From assembly GCA_024704765.1 (NCBI GenBank), contig JAKMXF010000007.1, positions 1-64,000 of the forward strand: a stretch of 64,000 nt of DNA, given 5' to 3'. Below are positions 11,741-24,900 of the stretch, piece by piece. Under the pieces are notes generated by a model. It was not told the DNA's origin and ran no database searches. It saw nothing but the letters and a program-made list of their open reading frames with translations. The first letter of the stretch is position 1. Each line of letters starts with the position of its first letter. The DNA comes from Oopsacas minuta (taxonomy: Eukaryota > Animalia > Porifera). A program made the position numbers and the translations under genes.

Positions 11741-12512
11741 AGTCCTTATCGTAAAATATGACATTTGTGGTTGACATGTTTAGGACGCTTCAGTGGTGAG
11801 GGCTGTGGCGAACTTTCAAATATCAAATCAGGTTCTAGATGAGTACTGCTTAAAGAATGGCAATGTTTCTGTGATTGCGGAATCGTTCTATGTTATTACT
11901 AACCAATTAATTCCAATCTATGCCTCTTTCTTTGGGACCTTCTAACTTTAGAAAAAAACTCCTAGTGGGATGACTGGGTCTACCACTTGCCATTATTCTA
12001 ACACAATGTATATGTATACTAATTGGATATGCAAGATAAAAATCAATTTCAGTAGTATCATGCTATCGATTAAACATTAGCGCGCTTCACTTGCACGACA
12101 GGCCGTATACTGAACACTTCGTTCCTCGGATTTGGGTTCGTACACATTGGCAAACTTTCTTAGTGCTTTTGGTCGCAAAACAAACGAATACAGGAGCAGC
12201 TACGTAGCTGATTGTAATATTTCGCACTTCGTGCTTCGAGTATTAAGAATTTCTCAAAATTTTCGAAATTTGGTTTTTTGTATAGTCATGTGACGAAATA
12301 TTGCACGCTACGTGATTTCCAAATATGACGACATAAGATCCGTCTTCGTACAAAATATGTAAATTGAAGAGGCGATTGCTGCCACTTAAAAAGCTCCTGA
12401 AGATTACTGACTAAAAATACTCCTACACATGTAAAATCAATAATATACAGATAATATATTGATCAGCGAGTATGAGTAATAACAATTCTAAAAATCTCAA
12501 GAATGATGAAAA

Positions 12513-15500
12513 CTAAAAAGATTTCCAATTAATTCCAGCAAAATTTGGTTTATCTTCGTTTGACTTCTCTATAGCACCAGAGACATTGTTCTGCATCCAA
12601 ATTTGATTAATTTCTTTGTAGCCCTGAGGGGAAAGAAAGAGAGGAGAGCCTTTCCTCAATTCCCTGTCGTGTTCCCCGAATTGATCAAGATAAGGGACCT
12701 GTTGTATTGTTCCTGTGGCTGGTAGATTTTCTGAAGATAATGAAACTGATATTAATAGAAGAACCGCGTTCTTTACCCAGATACCAATACCAATTCCATT
12801 AGAGCATTGTAGTATATGCTCAGTGAATGGACCTACAGGAGGTTTGTCGATGGCAGATTGTTTGTAAGTCTCAGTACAAGCGAAACACGATAAACACACA
12901 TACTTCCCACAAACCATACATTTAATCACCTCATCAGCTCTCTGTAGCGTAATTGGACAATCGTATGCAAGTGCATCAGTGAGAATATCAATGTAAGTAT
13001 TCGGCAAGATAACTAGGCCACCGTATGGAAATATGATCTGAGAGGGATGCTGAATGTGCTGAGAATAGACCAGGCTGAAATTACTGGTAACAGCAAACCA
13101 ATTCCTAATTAATTCTTCTAGATTACGTGTAGTAAACACTTCACTTATACAGGACATTAGACCTGGACAACCTATGAATTTAAGCAGCCTTTCAACCTGT
13201 TCAAAATCATCATTAGCTCCATATTCATCTGTCTTCTCAGATATCTCAGTAGGAAACGGAAGGTTAAGTAGCAGGTTGTAAAACATGGCTGCTGCTCTCA
13301 GAAATGGTAAAATAAGACGTACAACTTCTCTATGTAATTGTTTCATAGAGAAGTTATACTGTCGCAGTTTTTCAGGTAGAGCTTTCCTCCGCAGGGTCCA
13401 GAGTTTGAAAAGAGAATCTCTATTAACACCATCATGTTCTGCATCAGCTGATAGCGTGTCTAGATTCGTGCATAACAGTATCTGTATCAGTCTATAGTAT
13501 AATAATAGCTTAAACACGTGTAGACTGATAGTAGGCAAGAGGTTGAGACATGTACTGTGATCAGGCACAGGTTGAACAACTTCAGTTATAAGATGAGGGA
13601 GAGAAAACTGGAGATAAACGAGAAGGGAAAAGGCATCATAGTCAAAGGTTTTGGAATCAGGATTATTTGATGACGTCAGTAACGCATCGAGAATTGTATT
13701 AGTATTCTGGCAGCAAACTTGATGGAATTCTACGTTCTTGGCAATTACAGCTGTATGGACTATAGAGCGAAGTACGAGCCGTTGATGAGCACTTACTTCA
13801 TCAGAAACTAATCTCTCCAGAGACATTATCTCGTTATTCTTAGATTGTATTGTATAGTTAACTGTGTTATTCATTGCATTTACTATGAACGATGGGTCAA
13901 CAGGTGCAGAACCTGCATAAGCTATCTCTTTACATTTAGCCTGCATCTTGAATGCATCTTCGTTTTTTGTGAAGAAAAGAACTGAATGGAACCTATCTGG
14001 CAATTGGTGGAAGCAATCAATGAAAGCTGTAGCAATGTTAACAGCATTTTCTGTGTAGAACTTAGCATTTGTGATACCATATAATAAGTTTAAAAATTGT
14101 TCAAAGCTAGGAGGTTTGTGCGTCTCAGATACTTCAGCGTTGTAATTAAGACCTTGTGATAAGGGAATAATAGTGTTACAAACTGAATAGCATAATGGAC
14201 ATTTGAATTCTTCTGGTGATATAACCAACTGACTGTATATTGAAGAAGACCCCTTCATAAACTGGTCCCAACAAACGAAATGAAAAGTGTGACCACATGA
14301 TTTAGTTACCACCCCCATGTCTAGAGTAGCAGGTGTTAGAACAGCATTTGTATCATGAAGAGACTTTATAGTACTCTGTCCCTTACGAAGCCCTGAGTAT
14401 GAAGCGCAATGACCTGGAAGAACAAAGAATTTACCAGGTTCTGTATGTGATTGATTTTCTGCAGTTTCTTGACAAAACATACAACCAATAGATTCCCGAT
14501 CATGCAACGAATTCAAACATTGTATGCCAATGCCAGCACTATTTGGCTGGACTCTACTCTGTTCTTGATCAGGTTTCTCAATAAGCTCATCATCATCCTC
14601 ATCAGAAGAACCAAACCCTACTAGAAACGATGCTTGTTTTTTTTTCAAATCATCCATTGCCTTTGTTTGAGCTTCCTGTATTTCTTCAATTAATTTCTTC
14701 TCAGAATCTTCACGAGCTGTAATCTGTTCAGAGATATCTCGGATCTGTTCCTTCGGCAATAACTCACTATTAATCCAATCAACCAATTCTCTTATGTCAG
14801 CACAAGAGGGTGTAGATGAGAGTATTGCTAGGATAGGAAGGAAATCGAAACTAGAATTAGCACTAGCTCCTTTTAGACAATCCTTAAACCCAGAAATGTT
14901 TCCTAATTTCTCTTCTTGTATCCCAATAGAGATTAAGAATAGAGCTTGATGTGTCATATAGTCAGTTACCAGCTCACTCTCCTTTTTCGCTCTTTCTAGG
15001 ATTATAAACAGAATATGGAAGAACAAAGGATGTTCCAGGATACAGAGTATACGCCGGAGATGTGGTCTGAAGTTAGGCAAAAGTGGAGGAGAGAGAATAG
15101 TACTTAAAATGTCTTTTTTCAACTGACAGAGTGCTTTTAATTGATTACCGGATTGAGACTGGTTCTCCTTAGAATCATGATAAAAGAATACACAAACTCT
15201 GTCATAATATTTAGGTTTTAAAGTAAACTGTTTCTTCCTACTCATAATTGATTCGTCAGCAAGTATTGACAGTTGTGTGTCAAGAATACTTTGTATTGAA
15301 TAGTCATTATTACCTCTCGTAAGCTCGTCCATAAGATTTTGATGCTTCCAATGATCCAAAAATAGAATGTTGATGAGTTTCTGCTCCATCACCTCCTCCT
15401 CCGTCAACTCAGCTGTATCAGTGTTATTCCTCTCAATTATTATCGTTATCAAAGTACCCAGCATCTCTTCACACATGTTCTGTATGAATAGATTCCTATC

Positions 15501-15914
15501 AGCTGCACCACTTGACTTAGAGAGTTTATAGTTAGGTTCAAACCATTTTGCTACTTCAAATTTCTGAATTAAGTTCAGTAGTACATAATCAGTTGGCAGG
15601 TATGCAGTTAATAGCTGTAGCATGTATACGTCACGATAATACATCTCGTTACAAATGAATGAATGATAATTGTTAACCATTTGAACCACGGACATGCCGT
15701 TCTTTTTCCAGAAATTATTCAGAACTTGACTTTTGAAGACAATAGGCTGTAAACATCTCTCAAATAGCCAGTGCATTATGCTTTCATCACAGAGACATGT
15801 GTCAGTAGTTAGATTGATGCCTTGAGAATGACAAGCACACAGTAATCCTGACAGGAGACGTGTTAGAGGCATGTGACAGCTGTTATGTAGATTAGTGACT
15901 ACACCTGGATGTAT
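12513..15914 (-). CDS. UBR1: UBR1/2 exon 6 (3.4 kb; RING-H2 and C-terminal domain)
   Basis: Acceptor ATTATAG; contains the 1119-aa ORF of the track plus 14 upstream codons. Confidence 0.93.
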   Translation of the reverse strand: MHPGVVTNLHNSCHMPLTRLLSGLLCACHSQGINLTTDTCLCDESIMHWLFERCLQPIVFKSQVLNNFWKKNGMSVVQMVNNYHSFICNEMYYRDVYMLQLLTAYLPTDYVLLNLIQKFEVAKWFEPNYKLSKSSGAADRNLFIQNMCEEMLGTLITIIIERNNTDTAELTEEEVMEQKLINILFLDHWKHQNLMDELTRGNNDYSIQSILDTQLSILADESIMSRKKQFTLKPKYYDRVCVFFYHDSKENQSQSGNQLKALCQLKKDILSTILSPPLLPNFRPHLRRILCILEHPLFFHILFIILERAKKESELVTDYMTHQALFLISIGIQEEKLGNISGFKDCLKGASANSSFDFLPILAILSSTPSCADIRELVDWINSELLPKEQIRDISEQITAREDSEKKLIEEIQEAQTKAMDDLKKKQASFLVGFGSSDEDDDELIEKPDQEQSRVQPNSAGIGIQCLNSLHDRESIGCMFCQETAENQSHTEPGKFFVLPGHCASYSGLRKGQSTIKSLHDTNAVLTPATLDMGVVTKSCGHTFHFVCWDQFMKGSSSIYSQLVISPEEFKCPLCYSVCNTIIPLSQGLNYNAEVSETHKPPSFEQFLNLLYGITNAKFYTENAVNIATAFIDCFHQLPDRFHSVLFFTKNEDAFKMQAKCKEIAYAGSAPVDPSFIVNAMNNTVNYTIQSKNNEIMSLERLVSDEVSAHQRLVLRSIVHTAVIAKNVEFHQVCCQNTNTILDALLTSSNNPDSKTFDYDAFSLLVYLQFSLPHLITEVVQPVPDHSTCLNLLPTISLHVFKLLLYYRLIQILLCTNLDTLSADAEHDGVNRDSLFKLWTLRRKALPEKLRQYNFSMKQLHREVVRLILPFLRAAAMFYNLLLNLPFPTEISEKTDEYGANDDFEQVERLLKFIGCPGLMSCISEVFTTRNLEELIRNWFAVTSNFSLVYSQHIQHPSQIIFPYGGLVILPNTYIDILTDALAYDCPITLQRADEVIKCMVCGKYVCLSCFACTETYKQSAIDKPPVGPFTEHILQCSNGIGIGIWVKNAVLLLISVSLSSENLPATGTIQQVPYLDQFGEHDRELRKGSPLFLSPQGYKEINQIWMQNNVSGAIEKSNEDKPNFAGINWKSF

Positions 15915-18900
15915 CTATAATGAATAAATATTAAATGAATAGATAGATAGAGAGGATATTGAGGTTTCCAGCCCGGGGAGTAGTTGTAGCTCGGATTGCT
16001 CGGGCTGGGAAGGGCTTTTCGTCAAGGGAAAAGTGAATTAAATATTACATGATAATACAATATTTCACCTCAAAACTGCACTTATATAACGAGTGTGAAG
16101 TTAGCGTAGGATTCGACTGAGCATACTTGAAATTAAAATTAGATGCCCTTCCCATTATTTGATTTGGTTAAAATCATAGAACAAACGGAAGATATATATA
16201 TGGACGTTTATGAATATCTAAAAATATTTTACACTTTCAAACGTAAATTTCACAAAAAATGTTTTTTTACAGTGTTTTTGAATTGAAGTTCCAACTAATC
16301 ACGCCTGTTTCTGAATATTAGACGTGTGTTTAACAAAGTTTGTGAGATAATGTTGACATCCTTGTCAGATATAGTTTTCAAAGTTTGACTAAATTTAGGT
16401 TTCGAATTCTGATACTATACTATCTTTCATATATAATTATGTGGTAAGCCACTTAGACCTAGAATAATTTTGTAAATGTTGATTATTATTATTTTATTCA
16501 GTTTAGCGTTCAGAATTATTACCTCAAACCTATACTATTCATTGACGATCAATTCTCATTAAATAAAAACCCTAGTAATAATCTTATTAACGAATCATTA
16601 CTGTTTCAGACAAACATGTACTAACTACAAAATGTCTAGCAGACAGACTAGTAGTGCAGCACGGGCCTCTGAGTTATCTCTCTCACCAATCAACTACATC
16701 ATTACTCTAGGCCAGTATTCTCTTATAGAATACGAAGTTGGCTTTAGATTTTCTTTGGAGCCTTTTTAGTCACAAACCTGATCCTATTAAATATCAATGC
16801 AGTAGTCAGAACTTCGATACTATAGTTCGTCCATTAAATCCCAGGATAATTTTCAGCATGTTCATGCCAAATTTCGCTCGTTCGACATGCAAACAATTAA
16901 TATACAAAGATTATGAGAAATTCCTAAAAATAGTGAAAGTTTGTGGCGATTACACTGACCTGGATAAAATAAATAATTACTAATATTAGATGGCGTACTA
17001 CACCTGTTAGAGCTAGTGGGTGTCAACCTTGAGGATTATGGACATGAAATGGAATAGGTAACAAGAATGTCATCCAGGACGAGTGAAATGCATCCCTAGA
17101 CCCCTGAATATATTGATGAAATGGACAAAATCCCTGAACGGTTGTTAGATATGAAAATACAATTTCGTATCAACCATTCAAGCCCTGAATATCCATTGAT
17201 ACAAATACTAGTCTGAGTAGTATAGTTTGATTTTGAATAGATCGAATTTTAGTAACATTCTCAACTCGCGACTCGCGTTAGAACCAAGTCGAGTACAATA
17301 AAACTACCGTTATGATAATGTGATTATCTACACCATATAGCATGAAAGTAATTGATATTACTCAACTTACAAAGAAATTCCGCACATAAAGGAATGAAAC
17401 AGGGGTCCTAGGAATTAGTTCATAGTAGCTTGGTACTTCTTACTTTACGTGAAATTACTGTGCGGAGACTTTCCATATTATAGCGTACTCTCGTCATAAC
17501 TTAAGACTGTTATCAATAATTTTTGCGGTCGTACAACTATGGGAGTGGTATCAAAACCTATATTTTAGGGGCTAAAATCTAGTACTAATTTTAGCCCCTA
17601 TTATGCTAGGTAATTGCAGCAAAATAGGTGCATTTATCTAGTATCGTGTTTTACAATCCAGGTGGAATAGCATTATAGAAAATCGGGGGCTAAAGCGGCG
17701 TTCATAATTTAACGACTAACGAATTAGTTGATTGGTAAGAAAGATGACTCAGAGGCCCAAGCTGCACTACCAGTCTGTCTGCTGACATTTTCTATTTAGT
17801 ACACATTTGTATGGAATAGTAATTATTTCGTTAAAAGATTATGAATTACTAGAGTTATAAATTTTATGAGAATATATTGCGGATTTTCATAATCTTAATG
17901 AGCATCGTTAGTGCATGCATATGCAATAAGTTGAATAATTTATGGAAATACTGAAATCGGCCTTATTCTAAGGATCGGCTGGTTGGCTTAAAACATGCTT
18001 CTTCCGGCGATTAACGCCTTAAAGGGAATACTTGAAAAGAGTAAACATAATCAGAATGGCAGATAATTTACCTGACAAGAATAGTTCCTGAACACAGTTG
18101 TCTCCAAGCTCTTAAACCCAACAGGCTTCATTAGTTGGAGAGTCTCAAATACAATATTAATAGATTCTAGCAGAAGAGATCTATTCTTAGGCAACCATCC
18201 AATAAAATATGAGGTTATTGGTTGCAAAAGTCTCTGAAAGTAGAATACTTCTCTCCAGTCGCTCTCAAATGGTACATGAGCCACAAGTTCTCTCTTTACA
18301 GCATCAGTCCCCTCGAATAGTTTCAATACAGTGACATGAGATTTCAAGCCTTGAAGGAATGCATATCTTACAGGTTCAGTTAGAACACCAGAGTTAGGAG
18401 AATGACGTAGTAAATAGCCTACGTCATGAGATGTACAGTGTGCACGTCTCGTTCTATGTTTATTGAATGATTTAACCGCACTGCTATTGATGGGGGTTTT
18501 TTCTCGTCCTAAAGAGCAAAGATCCTCAATAAATAACTATTTATCAGGGTTTTTCCCAGAGTGTTTTGGCATATCGGGCCGATATGCCTTCAGAGGAAGG
18601 GTGATATCCCTTACAAATACCTCTGTGAAGTGGATGAATATAATATTTTTCTAATTATGTAATATTGAGATGTCAAATTGTCAGCTATTTACATCAAAGT
18701 TTAACATGTGTACTTTAGATGGACCTAAAATATTTAAAATAATAAATTGTACATAATAGCTAACCTGACATCACATAACAAGTACTCCTTGATGTTTATA
18801 CTGAAACGTGTTGTTTCCAAATTTAGCACTAAAATGATTTATTACAGAAAATTAATAGTCGAATTCCTCAATTCTAGAGGTAAATTTCAATGGTGTGAGC

Positions 18901-21900
18901 CATAATTATCTCTAAAGGTATTCCACATTTTCCAGAGGTAGATTCAATACAAATAAATTGAAAGTGAAACAAATTCTCCGCTTATAGAGGTTTCCCATTT
19001 ATAGATATCCCACCAATAGAGGTTGTACCGTATATAGGGCAGTCGGAAGTGGGGTCTGGGGGCCATGGCCGCCCCTTTTCATTATCACAAAACAGCACAA
19101 TTGCGGATACGCCTTAAGGAAATCCTATGGAGAAGCCTGTGTATGATAAAAATAAGATATAGTGCATGTCTAGACGAGTGGTGGGCACAATGTTTACACG
19201 ACCACTACTTAGTTTATACGCTTGGCTATATCATACTACTATTTGTGGTGGGTCATGTCACCACAAATTAGTACTAAGAGAGTTGATTAAATACAGTAGA
19301 TCTCGACTTGTACCATGGACTCCTTTAAAGAAGGACTAAATCCTCCCATGCTCGGGGTTTTTAACTTGAGTCTGAAGGATTAACTTGAGTCCTGGCCTAA
19401 AATGACTTCTAGAAGGGCTAGAGACACGATCTCGGGTCCACATAGGGGATTTTGAGGACGGCGAGTCCAATGGCGCCATTTTCAACACCACCTGGGGTCA
19501 TCTTAAAGGTCAAAAGGATGAATTTTGGTAATTTTTGCCCGTTTTTTCGTCTAACTAATAAAGGTGAGACATGGCTGATTGTAATGAGACGCAGTAGTGT
19601 ATAGCAGCACAAATTTGATATTTATTGTCATATACAGTAGAACTCGTTTAGCACGTACCCTGGATAAGAGGTACTTCGGCTTAGTACGTACTAAATTTAT
19701 GAACCAAAATTCATTATTACATAGGATTCTATGTAAATACAACTCGGATAGTACGTACTTTTTTAGATTTCCCGAGGGGGTACGTCTTATCCGAGTTCTA
19801 CTGTATGTAATTAAATTATATGCCTACCACAACACTATGTCTATTACAACATTGTCTATGCCTATCGTTAGTTAGAGAGCTTGTCTTGCCTCCTGAGGCA
19901 TCCCAAAGACTGTTCTTTGTCACTTACATTGAGGACATGAGCTTTCAATAGAATGTTAGCTAAAGTAGTACAAAATGCAGCCTTATTACCTGCTAAAGGT
20001 GCATCTACAAAGGATAATAGCTCAGCAAAATGAAAGCGGTAACACATTTTAGTCTGGTCATGCAAATTATAGGCATTGTGTACGAAAAAGACGATTGACA
20101 TAGTCGGCACACTCAGTCCACCTCTATTCTATTATCTAGGAACTCAGATGACACCTCGTTACCATCTTCATCACCAATGATCTCCTCCATACTATTGCTA
20201 TCACCATATTTATAAACAAGGTATCCGGCCAAATAAACAACTTTATGCTTAAGGGTATCATCAGACCTCAGGAGTTCTTGAGTGTCTTGAGGAGTGATCT
20301 CGTCAACGAATTCACTTCGCTCAGCTGGATTTTCGGAAGTTGTACAATTCTTGTCACAATCAAGCACACGAGAACTAGATTCTGGCATAATGTCATGCTT
20401 ACTGAGTGTTTGCAAGTTTACAATTTTAGCTGCAGCCATAATGTTAACTACGTCAGTGTAAAGGTTTCCACCTATTCTTTGCCTGGCTTGGCCGAAAAAC
20501 TTTCCAAGGCTCATCCGCGAATATAGCAGGAAGAACGAAGTCAAAGTCTTTGTCCGCCAGAAGCAATTTGGCAGCATCCACATTATTACGTGTGGACACA
20601 GTGAAGGCTTCAGCAGTTTGCTTAGTTAGCTTCAGCTTACGACCACTACCTCCTTGCCATGCGCTGGTAGATATAATTTGGCAGGCCTCCTCCAGCCAAG
20701 TGAAACTTGTATATTCTGCTGCCAAGGCTGTCTGGATTCGTCGCGAAGACGGATAGCTGAGAAACGGTCTTTCACATTCATTATCTTGAATCACTCACTC
20801 ATTGTCTGGGTGAGAATGATGGTGCCTTCGCTGATGCCCAGTGAACCCTTGAACGTCTTCAAGGCAGCGACAGTCTTGTCATTGAACACTTGACATACCA
20901 ATGGTACGCTCTGACGTTGAAGGGGCTTGGGGAAAACAGCGGTGTGTGTCAGCTTGGTTAAGCGAATAGGAGTAGCTCGGTCGATCTCATAAAGTTTCTG
21001 AATATCACTCCACTAAGCTTTTACTCATTGCCATCTACGACAAATGAGAGTGTCTTGCTATCAACAGTAATTCAGTTGTTACGTATATTTTTGAAGATGT
21101 GCAAGTAGTCGCACACTAAGAACATAGATTGTTCTTGAATCGATAGCACTTGACAACTTCCAGGTCCTCCAAGTTTTGAATAAACACTGTGGTTGGTATT
21201 GCAATTGTCACATATTAAAGAAATCACAGTACCGCCAGCACCAACGACAGCTGAACCAGCTTCGATAAGAAGTTCTTTCAGCTGATCCGAAGTTAGTTTT
21301 TTGCAGGGCAAAACGCGTAGAATATAGCGTGGACCACCAAAATGGCAGGCAACTTCAACGACCATAGCATGTGAGGCAAGCATTTCATGGTCACCACCCG
21401 TTGCAGTATTTTGAGAGTATCCTAGAACATGCCTCCAGAAATCGCAATGTCTCGACCAGCTTTACCTCGTCAAACATTAAATTTACCAAACGCTGCTGTG
21501 GCTTAAGCTGGTCGAACAAGGTTTTGAGGTTGGAGTCCTGCAGACTCCTAGCAAGCATCTGTTTTACCTTTTCTGTTGATGGCAGAATGATTAAGCCGGA
21601 TCGGTGAATCATTTTGTATGCACTGAGTAATATGTTGTGAAGCTGCACTGCGAAAATCATATTATCAGTGTCAAATCGGCGTCCATCAGGAGGTTTGAAT
21701 ATAAGGCACAGCTGCGACAGAAGGAAGGTGAAATGAGCAAGCTCGTGCGCCTCAGTCATCTTGCAGAGCTGGCTTATTGCGTGCTCAAGAATTTCTTGGC
21801 TTGTGTATTCATAGGCGTTTACCTGGTCAGTTATGTATCCAATCTGGGACCATTTCGAGAGTAAGCTGTTCTTCTGCAAAGGAAATAGTCGCTTGGACAC

Positions 21901-24900
21901 CATCTTTGCCAACTCTATTCAAGAACTGACTTGTTGGAAATGACAGAACTGCTTGACAGTTTGTCCAGTAGCGTCAGTTCTTGATAGGTACAGGTTTTTC
22001 TGGTCTTTTATAACGTTAAAGCCTAAAATAGGAGCTTATTTTGGCGGAGAAGTGGTCGAAATCTTGGATCTTGTCTGCAGCCTCATTAGCTGCCTGCACC
22101 TTCTTAGCTCTTGATTTTGATGTAGATGATGTTGGGCGTGGAGCTGAGGTGATCTGCTTCAAAACTGATTTCGGTACTCCAGGAAATATTGATGGCGGTT
22201 CTTTGGGTCGCTTTCCACCCTTTACTGACACCTATTCACAATTGAAATGTCCCTCACAAATATATATATCTCCTTCAAGCGCCTCAAGCTTTCTTTTTCA
22301 TTCGGTATTGCCAATATCCATCTCTCCCTCTCGTCAGGATCTTTTGGGAAGGATATGACCTTTAGGTAAGGCGTCCCATCATAGTTTCCTCTACAATCAA
22401 AACAACTGGAACGACGTGGCATATTGTCACAAAAGCTGAAAACAAAACAAAGATCCTGTTAGATCACCAGCTGGAAAGGTTCAATCAAAATATCAGAGTA
22501 TCAATCCAAGTAAAATATGTTCAAAAAGTCTTGACGTACGACATATGACACATTATCATGCATAATTAATATCAATAAACATGCAGACATATTTGCAACA
22601 AGAAAATAGAACATTCCCACTCAGCCACTGCACAAAACATGCAAATATCCCATAAACAGAAGGAAAACATAAGGAAATGTGGTTGAAAACAGGAAGTTCA
22701 TATCTGCGTAAGGTCAAAGAGAAATGTGGCCAATACTCTTATTTTAAGCTTCCTGGTTGTGTCTGGCCCCCAACCACAGGTTAAATATAGGTTCTAATGC
22801 TTTTTCAATTTTCTAATTGGAGCCTCTCAGACTCAAGTTAAAAACCCCGAGATCGCGACGTTCCAGTCCTCCTCTAAAGGAGTCTATGGCTAGTACATAC
22901 TTCTGGATACACTTGGCAAGTAACATATTGATCTAGTTCTATTGTAGTTCTCCTATTAGGAAATATTTTGCATAGTTTTCCTTGTTATACGCGAATTATT
23001 AAGCGTACTATTACCATACAAATATTTACTCGACTATGTCTATGAAAAAAGTTGCTAATAGAGATAGAAATAGCTAAATTGTTAACAACCAAAGGAAAAT
23101 TGTGGTTGTTAACGACTATTGATAATTTCTAATTTCCAGCTCTACATCTCATGGCTGTATCCCGTAGGAGATGGTCCGGTAGGGCAGGTTTAACCGGCCA
23201 ACATTTTGACAGCTAATACAAATGGCATTTGTCAACCAGATCAACTTTGGTGACCCATAAATTATTAAATGTCAACATGACCAACTGAAATATGCTTGCA
23301 ACGGCCTGTATCTATGCATATTAACTAAATTGAGAGCTCAAATGGGTGGTAGCGGCACGAATTGGGTTGTTAACAACAAAAATTAAGTTTAAAACCTCAA
23401 ATAACTAGAAGGCTGAACTGTAATCTATATTATTAAATCCAAATTGTTGTCTGTTGTTTGTCCGTTGTGAAGGAAAGGATATGCGGTATGCAATTTTGAA
23501 ATTGTCACATAACTATGTAAATAGAATTCAATATAACTTCACTAAATATATCGAATATACTGAATCCCATTTTCACACTTTTAGATTAATCATATGTAAA
23601 TTTATTGTTGTTTTTATGAATATAAAGGAAACAAATTAACAAAATCTCAAAATTTACGCAGATACTTGCCATCAACGGCTATCAAGGGAGAGGATCTTAC
23701 AAAATAATTCAATAACATATATGCCATATACGTATATTTGTGAATTACATTGTTCGAAATATATCTATATTATAATACTCAAGGGGTCGTCAATTTGGAG
23801 AATAATGGATACCTCTGGGCGCAATGCGCCCAGTTCATCGCGGACCGACGAGCCAAAGGCTCGTGGTTTTGAAAATTGTAACTATTAACAACATTTCCAA
23901 CATCCCTGCTAATTGGTGAATACCACCGTATTATACATCAGTAAGGTTGTACCTTTATTTGAGATGCAGTTCTCCAATAGATTTAGAATTTGTACAAGTG
24001 CATTAGATCCCTCAATTAGATAGATTGCAAGAGATGGACTGGTGAATAACTGAACTGACATGAAATGTAGGGTACAATTTTCCTTAGATGTATTGTCAAC
24101 GTATTGAAGTAGAATTGTCTCATAATTCTTAAGGTAGAGCTCAGCAAACATCTTCTTCGTGTCTTCCTGAGGTATTACAATTTGGAGAAAAATTGCAAGC
24201 CATGCCTCGCATGCACCAATCCATAAGCTGGGAAATACAGAGAATATATATTCAAATAATGTATCCCCATTTGTTATAGCCAAGTCTGAGGAGAAGAGAG
24301 TCTGTAAATAAACATATTAGAGCAAAAATACAAGTAGAAAATTATATACAAACATTCTTATGGTATTAACAACTACGAGTACAGTAGAAGCGCACGAACT
24401 AGGGCATCTTGGTGTCACTTCAAAAGCGACCCAGTTTGCGAGCTTCTACTCATAATATACGTAATACATGCAAGTAATGAGTATACTTCTGAAAATGAAA
24501 ATCGATATTTCTGTTTAACAATTCGACGAGTTAACTGCCCCGTATATATCCTAAATGTCATTATGCAAATTTAAATATTAACATTTAGATTTTTGGTATA
24601 CAGTGGAGTCTCCGAATAACGGACACGTTGGTGACATGGCTTCTGTCCGTTGTAGAGAATTGTCCGCTTATCGGAGGCTGGTCCATCTTTTTATCAAAAC
24701 ACCAATATGTATCATTTTGAATGCAGTTTTACATGTATTAAAGTTGAATAGTTACGGGAGAAGTCAAGTTTCATTATACTGGAATAAGAATTAATATAAT
24801 ATTGAGTGATGACTGATGAGTAATGTAAGCATATTGGCCATGCTTTATACTCTATATATATTATAATGGGTGCGCAAATAAGTCAGGAAGATAACTTTGT

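Larger units (their letters stand above)
19314..22888 (-). mobile_element. P-element/THAP9-family DNA transposon, degenerate
   Basis: TIRs CAT(G/A)GACTCCTTTA(A/G)AG(A/G)AGGACT...CTCGGGGTTTTTAACTTGAGTCTGA at both ends; flanks ACTTGTAC and GCTAGTAC (8-bp TSD, 6/8 match). Confidence 0.85.
19294..22944. mobile_element. Short Tc1/pogo-type MITE split by the P-like element (ends at 19294 and 22944)
   Basis: TA|CAGTAGATCTCGA at the left and TCTAGTTCTATTG|TA at the right (10/13 match); TA on both flanks. Confidence 0.45.
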
